Assembly (NCBI RefSeq): GCF_964204645.1
Contig: NW_027437478.1
Location: forward strand, 1-55,000
Direction of reading: 5' to 3'
Source of the DNA: Tubulanus polymorphus
Lineage: Eukaryota > Animalia > Nemertea
Length of the DNA stretch: 55,000 bases
Shown here piece after piece: positions 28,301-35,574 of this stretch (position 1 is the first letter of the stretch; each line of letters opens with the position of its first letter). The translations under genes and the position numbers were made by a program. Under the pieces are notes generated by a model, which was not told where the DNA came from, made no database searches, and was given only the letters and a program-made list of their open reading frames with translations.

Positions 28301-31300
28301 TTAATCCTCTCAATCATTTTCTAAATTAACTTTTTTATTCTTTTTATTTCTGTGATTGTTTCCATTTAACTTCTTTAATTTTTTACTCAATTTATTATTT
28401 TCATTCATCAAATCTTTTGAAATATTTTCATAGTAAAAGTATAATGCCGCCAATATTAAACCTCCAGCAACTAAATAATGTTTCAAATCACTTTTCCCAG
28501 TTGGAATGAAACCATCCATTTATTTAAGAGAAAAATTAAACAGTTTATAAAATATTTGCTAGTTTTTAATTAAATATTTTATAATCATTTTAAAAATATT
28601 AAACTTTTAAATGATTAAATCAAATAACAATTAAATTTACGGCCAAACAATTTATCATTTCAACTGTCAAACAATTTATCATTTCAACTGTCAAAATATT
28701 TATCATTTCAACTGTTAAACAATTTATCATTTTAACTGTCAAACAATTTATCATTTCAACTGTCAAACAATTTATCATTTCAACTGTTAAAATATTTATC
28801 ATTTCAACTGTCAAACAATTTATCATTTCAACTGTCAAACAATTTATCATTTCAACTGTCAAAATATTTATCATTTCAACTGTCAAAATATTTATCATTT
28901 CAACTGTCAAAATATTTATCATTTCAACTATCAAAATATTTATCATTTCAACTGTTAAAATATTTCAACTGTCAAACAATTTATCATTTTAACTGTCAAA
29001 CAATTTATCATTTTAACTGTCAAAATATTTATCATTTTAACTGTCAAAATATTTATCATTTTAACTGTCAAAATATTTATCATTTCAACTGTTAAAATAT
29101 TTATCATTTCAACTGTCAAAATATTTATCATTTCAACTGTCTTATCATTTCAACTGTCAAACAATTTATCATTTTAACTGTCAAACAATTTATCATTTCA
29201 ACTGTTAAAATATTTATCATTTCAACTGTCAAACAATTTATCATTTCAACTGTCAAACAATTTATCATTTTAACTGTCAAACAATTTATCATTTCAACTG
29301 TCAAAATATTTATCATTTCAACTGTTAAAATATTTATCATTTCAACTGTCAAAATATTTATCATTTCAACTGTCTTATCATTTCAACTGTCAAACAATTT
29401 ATCATTTTAACTGTCAAACAATTTATCATTTCAACTGTTAAAATATTTATCATTTCAACTGTCAAACAATTTATCATTTCAACTGTCAAACAATTTATCA
29501 TTTTAACTGTCAAACAATTTATCATTTCAACTGTCAAAATATTTATCATTTCAACTGTCTTATCATTTCAACTGTCAAACAATTTATCATTTCAACTGTT
29601 AAAATATTTATCATTTCAACTGTCAAACAATTTATCATTTTAACTGTCAAACAATTTATCATTTCAACTGTCAAAATATTTATCATTTCAACTGTCTTAT
29701 CATTTCAACTGTCAAACAATTTATCATTTTAACTGTCAAACAATTTATCATTTCAACTGATAAAATATTTATCATTTCAACTGTCAAACAATTTATCATT
29801 TCAACTGTCAAACAATTTATCATTTCAACTGTTAAAATATTTATCATTTCAACTATCAAACAATTTATCATTTCAACTGTCAAACAATTTATCATTTCAA
29901 CTGTTAAAATATTTATCATTTCAACTGTCAAAATATTTATCATTTCAACTGTCTTATCATTTCAACTGTCAAACAATTTATCATTTTAACTGTCAAAATA
30001 TTTATCATTTCAACTGTCAAAATATTTATCATTTCAACTGTCAAACAATTTATCATTTCAACTGTCAAAATATTTATCATTTCAATTGTTAAACAATTTA
30101 TCATTTCAACTGTCAAAATATTTATCATTTTAACTGTCAAACAATTTATCATTTCAACTGTCAAAATATTTATCATTTCAACTGTTAAACAATTTATCAT
30201 TTCAACTGTCAAAATATTTATCATTTCAACTGTCTATTAGATATTTAAATCATTTAACTCAATTCAATAATTATATTGTAGAATTGTTACTCTTTACGCC
30301 AGTTTTTATGTTTAATTGTTTCATAATGCTTTGATTTATGTGATTTTAAATATTTACCTCCGCAATAACAATGCACTTTTTCATTAGGATTGAATTTTCT
30401 AAATTCATCATCTAAATTACATTGAACTGCAATATTTGATGAATTTTCATTATAGATAATTTGTTTAGTATCAAAATTGAAAATATTTCAAATATTAAAA
30501 TATTTTAAATATTAAAATATTTCAACTGTCAAACAATTTATCATTTTAACTGTCAAACAATTTATCATTTTAACTGTCAAAATATTCATCATTTTAACTG
30601 TCAAAATATTTATCATTTTAACTGTCAAAATATTTATCATTTCAACTGTTAAAATATTTATCATTTCAACTGTCAAAATATTTATCATTTCAACTGTCTT
30701 ATCATTTCAACTGTCAAACAATTTATCATTTTAACTGTCAAACAATTTATAATTTCAACTGTCAAAATATTTATCATTTCAACTGTCTTATCATTTCAAC
30801 TGTCAAACAATTTATCATTTTAACTGTCAAACAATTTATCATTTCAACTGTTAAAATATTTATCATTTCAACTGTCAAACAATTTATCATTTCAACTGTC
30901 AAACAATTTATCATTTTAACTGTCAAACAATTTATCATTTCAACTGTCAAAATATTTATCATTTCAACTGTCTTATCATTTCAACTGTCAAACAATTTAT
31001 CATTTTAACTGTCTAACAATTTATCATTTCAACTGTTAAAATATTTATCATTTCAACTGTCAAACAATTTATCATTTTAACTGTCAAACAATTTATTATT
31101 TCAACTGTCAAAATATTTATCATTTCAACTGTCTTATCATTTCAACTGTCAAACAATTTATCATTTTAACTGTCAAACAATTTATCATTTCAACTGTTAA
31201 AATATTTATCATTTCAACTGTCAAACAATTTATCATTTCAACTGTCAAACAATTTATCATTTCAACTGTTAAAATATTTATCATTTCAACTATCAAACAA

Positions 31301-34300
31301 TTTATCATTTCAACTGTCAAACAATTTATCATTTCAACTGTTAAAATATTTATCATTTCAACTGTCAAAATATTTATCATTTCAACTGTCTTATCATTTC
31401 AACTGTCAAACAATTTATCATTTTAACTGTCAAAATATTTATCATTTCAACTGTCAAAATATTTATCATTTCAACTGTCAAACAATTTATCATTTCAACT
31501 GTCAAAATATTTATCATTTCAATTGTTAAACAATTTATCATTTCAACTGTCAAAATATTTATCATTTTAACTGTCAAACAATTTATCATTTCAACTGTCA
31601 AAATATTTATCATTTCAACTGTTAAACAATTTATCATTTCAACTGTCAAAATATTTATTATTTCAACTGTCTATTAGATATTTAAATCATTTAACTCAAT
31701 TCAATAATTATATTGTAGAATTGTTACTCTTTACGCCAGTTTTTATGTTTAATTGTTTCATAATGCTTTGATTTATGTGATTTTAAATATTTACCTCCGC
31801 AATAACAATGCACTTTTTCATTAGGATTGAATTTTCTAAATTCATCATCTAAATTACATTGAACTGCAATATTTGATGAATTTTCATTATAGATAATTTG
31901 TTTATTATCAAAATTGAAATAATATAATTGTCTTTTTTCAATTCTTAAGTTAATCAAATCATTGTAATCTTTTGAAAGTATTATATCATCATTTCTTTCA
32001 TTGAAAGGAGTTTTAAGAATATTAATTATGTTTTCATCTAAAGTTCCTTTAAAATTTAAAACTGTATTGAATATTTTAGGATTTTTAACGCCATTATCAA
32101 AAGTATCTACTAGTTCAGTAAGTAAATATGTTTCATTTGATGATATTTGATTAATCATAGTAATATTATCGATTTTATAATACCTTGCGGACACTAAATT
32201 TGTTGCTGAAATATAATTTTTAATGTAAAACTGTGAAAATGATTTATTGGTTTCATTGATTTCGATTTTAAAGTTGGGTTCTTCTTCTTTCTTCATTTTA
32301 ATAACAAAACTTTTATTAAAATGAACTCAACGCATATAAATATTCAATGATTTATGAATTATTTCACTCACACTTTACTCACACTTTCTTCTAGCGAGTA
32401 GAAAATGAAAAATAAATTCGAGTGTGCGAGAATTATTGTTCATTTTTATGAGTTTTGCGAGTAATTCAAGTAGAAATTGTTATTATTTTTATGTTTTTTC
32501 ATTTTTTACGAGCTCGACCGTTCGACCTTTGGCCTGAAACAACTAAAACCCTATTACTTACTTAATAGAAAGTATTCATAGAAAGTAGCTGAAAATTTGC
32601 CCGACCCCATTTGTCCAGCTTTTTGACCACTTCTCCATCCATCTAATTTCAGTAGATTTTTATGTAAATTAATTGATAGACTACTGATTTAAATGGTCAT
32701 CATACTCGATTTTGAGTGTTATATTTCTTTTCTTCTTCCATCTCGATATAGGCCTATATATTCTCTTCCCACGCGCATCTTCGAATACGTGATCAAAATG
32801 CTGCTCAGTCTCACTGCTAAAACTGGTCAAAAAAATCCCTTAAACTCCGACATCTCTAATGTCTTCGATCTATTATTGCATAAATGACGTAATATTAAAA
32901 CCTGATACTCGTACCAACAATTAAAACCATTTTCAATTTCCATTAAAACCAGACAAGTGTAGTAAAAATGAAAAATAACACCCATATACTGAAATACACG
33001 CAAAGAAAACAGCGCCGAATCTCGGAATGACAATACACGCGCTGCAGTTAAAGAGCCATAGGAAAAAAACTAGGCAAGATATCTTAAAATTTCAAAGTTC
33101 ACCTGAAAGAGGGCATTTATGCGCACAGTTCTTGAATTGCTTGGATTTTTTTAGAAAATTATTTCTGAAAATAACGAACTTCAAAGTTCAGTACCCTTGA
33201 TTTCTATGCGCACGGAAAAAACTGACCGCATATTTTTATATCGCTCTCATGTCGCATTGTTGCAAATTTAAAAAATGATTTTTACATAACTGAAAACTAG
33301 AGATTTATGCGGTTTGAATGTTGCTGAAACTGTCAAAATCCATCCATGGACAGATGAAATATGATACAACACACATCACGGATAGTTTTTAAAGAAGAGA
33401 AAAAATGACCCAACAATACGGGACAAAAGTACCCTAACAAAATGGCGGCTAGCAACTGTAAAATGGTTTATTGTCATATGTTTGTATAATGTTATCTGTC
33501 TATATTTGCAGTTGTCGGTTTATTTACTCGCAATGATCGTATTTCTATCGACACTTCAAGGGCTGAAACTACTGCGATTTAACAAAAGGATTTGCGCCCT
33601 GGCTTTGATGATGAAGTGGTTGTCCTGGCCACTAATGCGATTTATGGTCGTGTTCTTGGTTCTGTTTTTCGGATTTGTTAGTTTGTGTCACCTGAAGTTC
33701 ATGGTCCGTTTGAGAGAATATTCAACGTTCATTGCTAGTATGGAGACATTATTGAACATGATGTTAAGTAAGTGTTATTACTAGGATCTCACTGAATGAT
33801 GTTCTACTATAGGGACATAGGTTCAGAGGGTTCCATCCGGAGGACATTGATTTGGGTGCCACCCATTCCGTCTCTATCAAAGCCCAACGAACGCAGCACT
33901 GGGAAAACGGGTGATAGAAACATGTTTCTGGCGTTTCTCTTGATCACTAGCGTTTACAAGAAACGATAAACATTGTTTCGGGAAAAGATGTTTCCGAGGT
34001 CAAACGTGTTTTCGTTTGTGGGCTTGAAGCACAAAAGGGAAATACAACAGGGAAACACAGGAAACATGTGCTTCCTGTTTCTGTGCTTCACCGCGTCGTG
34101 TACGTCGCGCTTAAGTGATGGGGAGGGGGTCCATTTTGAGGTTTCCGAATCGACCATTCTCACGCCCAAATTATTCAATTTTATAACGTTTCAATTCATT
34201 GTATACCTCCATTCTAGATAAATTCAATTTCCGACGAATGCAGGCAGTCAGTCCCGTGATGGCTCCGTTAATGTTCGTGGCATTCGTTATCATCGTAAAT

Positions 34301-35574
34301 TTCATGATGGTTAACTTCATGGTTGCGATCATTTTGGAGGGCTACACGTACGCGATGGATTGCATAGCTGGACAAGCGAACGAGTATGAAATTGTGGATT
34401 TTATGATGCAATCATTCAAAAAAGCCATCGGTATGACTAGAATAGAAGGGAACCCTACAGAATGCCGGTTGGAATATTTGGAAGGTAAACTGGATTTAAA
34501 TCATTTTAACTTATTCATTGTGGATATTTCAGGTAGAGTAAATTATACAGAGTAAAGTAGTTGAAATAATTAAGATCTATTTATTTCTTGGATACATTTA
34601 TCTACATAATGCTAGCTTGATATATGGTATGATCTTTATAGCATATCATCAACATTAATTGAACTATAACAATCCAACGATAAACCCAACATTTTCAAGT
34701 TCTGCGGCTGTTTGCGAAATTGGATTTGTTAGTTTGTGTTTGTAAGACAGGATTTAAGTTCTACAGTACATTTGCAGATTGGCTTTATTCGAAACTAGTT
34801 TCATAGTTCTTGAACTAATTTGACTAGAACCTAGATTATCGGTCGTGGGTTTTATTTATATATGGAGTCTCACTAATCAATTATTCACTCGAGGAACTAG
34901 CTTCGAAATACGTATACTATAGGTTGTTTAATTCCTCGAGAAGCATGGTGAAATATGAAAGAAATATTCCCCAATGGTTAAAATCAGTAAATATACGTAA
35001 AATGTAAACAAATACACGCAACATTCGTATACGTATATACCAAAAGTATTCCATTCATTCTCATTCACCTGATGAAGCTTCTATGCATTAGTAGCGAAAT
35101 CTCGTGCGTCAAATTAATAGATAACCAATATAGTTACTACTCGTCTCGTTATCTATACCAAAAGTAGTATAATGACCAATTCTACAAATTTCAGTTTATA
35201 ATCTAATTTTCAAAGCAACTTATCCTCATGAACTGAATGTTTATACATTTCCCTCACAGATTCCTTGCATAGTTTTTATTAGAACATCTTTTGAATTTGA
35301 TAAACAGTTTCTGCTGTTCTTCAACCTCAAACAACATCCATTGATCTTCCTCCTTACACTGAGGTATATGTGGATTTGATGTTTTCGATTTACAGGAGCC
35401 CAAGATAGCGCGGATGAGAAGTGCCGCGAGCTTTCGAACCGAGTCGATTTGATCATCGACAGGCTGGAGAACTACATTAAAAAACAAGCCGACAGCAAAG
35501 ACGTAATGGCCGAACTGGAGGAAATGAAGAAGTCGTCGGAAAAATCTAAAAAACGAAATATCATCATCAGTTAA
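1353..35574 (+). CDS. Polycystin-1-like / REJ-family receptor-channel gene, multi-exon, 5' end upstream of the window (span from first recognised exon to stop codon)
   Basis: GT-AG exons splice in frame (e.g. 1353-1509, 2271-2434, 2885-3494, 3852-4048, 4700-4805, 4902-4991, 5392-6147, 6324-8603, 8879-9077, 9773-9871, 10523-10740, 11259-11456). They encode PKD repeats (FGDG, Y..PG.Y.V.V.A.N.VS), REJ (DPDD, C..NC..K.NP, G.C.V.P.EG), GPS (CLYWN...W...GC / CKCTHLTTF), PLAT, FTRVQRLTCC and polycystin channel helices. TAA at 35572-35574. Confidence 0.93.
1549..1988. mobile_element. MITE, Harbinger-like
   Basis: TIR GGGACCGGTTGCTCAAAGGTTGGTTAAA versus TTTGACCAACCTTTGAGCAACCGTTCCT; superfamily assignment is tentative. 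Confidence 0.65.
3593..3799. mobile_element. MITE family A, copy 1
   Basis: GACGGGAGAAATCCCACAATAATTCTGTCAAAAGATGAAAAATTCTTGAAT is inverted at ~3748-3798. Confidence 0.7.
4528..4641. mobile_element. Small MITE with CTG/CAG flanks
   Basis: GGGCCGGTCTTATAGA..GTATTACCTTTAA inverted as TTAAAGGTAATACCGGTCTATAAAATCGGGCC. Confidence 0.55.
5392..6147 (+). CDS. PKD1-like exon: PKD/Ig-like repeats
   Basis: ORF 5394-6182 with YTYATPGSRTVVVNATNMVS and YEFGDGT...HRFSNPGNFTIKATLKNPLG; AG acceptor at 5390-5391, GT donor at 6148. Confidence 0.9.
6324..8603 (+). CDS. PKD1-like large exon: PKD repeats and start of REJ module
   Basis: 769-aa ORF with IDFGDG and NVTAVNSVS repeats, GPCYPPNV and STYDPDDPD...FDWYC; contains a polybasic RRKRR motif. 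Confidence 0.92.
10007..10478. mobile_element. MITE family A, copy 2 (longer internal region)
   Basis: Same TIR as 3593-3799: GGGAGAAATCCCATAATAAATTCAGCCAAA ... TTTGGCTGAATTATTGTGGGATTTTTCAC. Confidence 0.6.
16496..17260 (+). CDS. PKD1-like GPS/GAIN cleavage-motif exons (16496-16638, 17039-17260) plus first TM helix
   Basis: Spliced translation CLYWNTKTEEWSNAGCT|VGDLTTSDSTQCKCTHLTTFGSSF...NPVVFGTMVSLLCLYLILLIWAVKADRKD; canonical HL/T autoproteolysis motif intact. Confidence 0.92.
17517..18164 (+). CDS. PKD1-like PLAT/LH2 domain exons
   Basis: YEILVTTGEAKEA|GTTAQVSFVLTGEDGDTGPRVL...LGNLAHLR|IWHDNGGKNPSWFFNQMQVTD...FICDKWLAVEQEDG, a classic polycystin PLAT signature. Confidence 0.92.
20585..21160 (+). 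mobile_element. 5'-truncated, decayed CR1/L2-type LINE 3' end in a PKD1L intron
   Basis: Translates PLCKKIQIPKFEDMINLELIKLAYGFVNS*LPQQ...HRYNTRAR...PSIWQSQP (typical LINE ORF2 C-terminus with stops); ends in a (CTATA)n tail at ~21133-21160. Confidence 0.6.
23040..23660 (+). repeat. Four-copy 154-bp tandem repeat with a CTCF-like motif
   Basis: CCAGGGGGCGTTGAA starts at 23161, 23315, 23469 and 23623 (exact 154-bp period); units also share CAATCAATT..AAAGTTGTAGC. Confidence 0.85.
25508..26080 (+). CDS. 190-aa hypothetical protein with C-terminal C2H2-like Zn finger (left arm)
   Basis: Intronless ATG ORF in AAAATG context; ends HCYCGGKYLKSHKSKHYETIKH, a CxC-x10-H-x5-H pattern reminiscent of Zn-finger tails in large DNA virus and Polinton-like virus proteins. 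Confidence 0.75.
   Translation: MKKEEEPNFKIEINETNKSFSQFYIKNYISATNLVSARYYKIDNITMINQISSNETYLLTELVDTFDNGVKNPKIFNTVLNFKGTLDENIINILKTPFNERNDDIILSKDYNDLINLRIEKRQLYYFNFDNKQIIYNENSSNIAVQCNLDDEFRKFNPNEKVHCYCGGKYLKSHKSKHYETIKHKNWRKE
26134..27488 (+). repeat. 24-bp minisatellite array (left arm)
   Basis: Units ACAGTTGAAATGATAAATATTTTG and ACAGTTGAAATGATAAATTGTTTG, punctuated by a 17-bp ACAGTTGAAATGATAAG variant. Confidence 0.97.
27491..27516. terminator. Perfect 10-bp-stem hairpin at the end of the left array
   Basis: ATAAGTTACT-agataa-AGTAACTTAT followed by a T tract; terminator function is only inferred. Confidence 0.3.
27815..27890 (+). repeat. 34-bp tandem duplication containing TAATAGGGT
   Basis: TAATACATGGTATTAGGGTATCTAATAGGGTATC x2.2. 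Confidence 0.85.
27960..28262 (-). CDS. 100-aa hypothetical protein: hydrophobic segment plus classical C2H2 Zn finger
   Basis: ATG at 28262 (AAAATG context); MSENILNLL...IIMLTGLFSFSVYSI...CEICNKRYKNKKSLRNHKYIH (CxxC-x12-H-x3-H). Confidence 0.7.
   Translation of the reverse strand: MSENILNLLHLIYKNQQNIKSIIMLTGLFSFSVYSIKQLLEFYDCCKIRYTELIENMNYISDRLNNIKCCEICNKRYKNKKSLRNHKYIHELDDKLYNSN
28310..28519 (-). CDS. 69-aa small membrane protein with basic coiled-coil tail
   Basis: MDGFIPTGKSDLKHYLVAGGLILAALYFYY (TM-like) then NENNKLSKKLKKL...; ATG in AAATG context, co-oriented with and just upstream of the Zn-finger ORF. Confidence 0.6.
   Translation of the reverse strand: MDGFIPTGKSDLKHYLVAGGLILAALYFYYENISKDLMNENNKLSKKLKKLNGNNHRNKKNKKVNLEND
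28644..30233 (-). repeat. 24-bp minisatellite array (middle, inverted)
   Basis: Reverse complement of the left array, including its higher-order variant pattern (17-bp breaks, single TGATAGTT and ACAATTG variants). Confidence 0.97.
30234..30482 (-). pseudogene. Third, 5'-truncated copy of the 190-aa ORF 3' end (Zn-finger part) plus spacer
   Basis: Matches 31671-31919 (and 25885-26133 inverted) apart from one noticed substitution; breaks at ...TCAAAATTGAAA into an AT-rich junction. Confidence 0.9.
30512..31670 (-). repeat. 24-bp minisatellite array (right arm, inverted)
   Basis: Same units on the minus strand. Confidence 0.97.
31724..32296 (-). CDS. 190-aa Zn-finger protein, identical right-arm copy
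   Basis: Translation identical to 25508-26080; coordinates mirror exactly about the element axis. Confidence 0.75.
   Translation of the reverse strand: MKKEEEPNFKIEINETNKSFSQFYIKNYISATNLVSARYYKIDNITMINQISSNETYLLTELVDTFDNGVKNPKIFNTVLNFKGTLDENIINILKTPFNERNDDIILSKDYNDLINLRIEKRQLYYFNFDNKQIIYNENSSNIAVQCNLDDEFRKFNPNEKVHCYCGGKYLKSHKSKHYETIKHKNWRKE
33512..35574 (+). CDS. PKD1-like terminal channel exons (33512-~33767, ~34219-34484, 35396-35574)
   Basis: LKLLRFNKRI...FGFVSLCHLKF...YSTFIASMETLLNMML; APLMFVAFVIIVNFMMVNFMVAIILEGY; short helical tail ending RNIIIS*. Confidence 0.88.

Larger units (their letters stand above)
25246..32558. mobile_element. Non-autonomous Polinton/Maverick-like element with very long inverted arms
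   Basis: Termini AGTAATAGGG...CCCTATTACT; perfect 6-bp TSD TACTTA (25240-25245, 32559-32564); near-identical inverted arms (25246-26133 mirrors 31671-32558, continuing into the repeat arrays); very AT-rich; intronless ORFs. No pPolB, integrase, ATPase or capsid ORF. Confidence 0.8.
24380..33472. mobile_element. Outer non-autonomous foldback/MITE (~1.8 kb without the inner insert) with ~580-bp TIRs
   Basis: 24380-~24960 is the reverse complement of ~32882-33472 (AATAAACCATTTTACAGTTGCTAGCCGCCATTTTG... / ...CAAAATGGCGGCTAGCAACTGTAAAATGGTTTATT), with scattered mismatches and an indel. No credible coding ORF; TSD ambiguous (TA possible). Confidence 0.85.

Noticed and set aside
26143-31649. Many (MINILTVE/MINCLTVE)n ORFs
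   Set aside because: By-product of a 24-bp unit (a multiple of 3) containing ATG and no stop in one frame; frames are broken by 17-bp variants and there is no sign of coding constraint.
26134-31670. CRISPR-like array
   Set aside because: Units are directly adjacent, with only two alternative 6-bp variants and no unique spacers; eukaryotic context and no cas genes.
25246-32558. Pure assembly/chimeric-read palindrome
   Set aside because: A clean 6-bp TSD, unique central core, arm-specific substitutions and continuity of the outer element and host intron argue for a real insertion; array lengths could still be mis-assembled.
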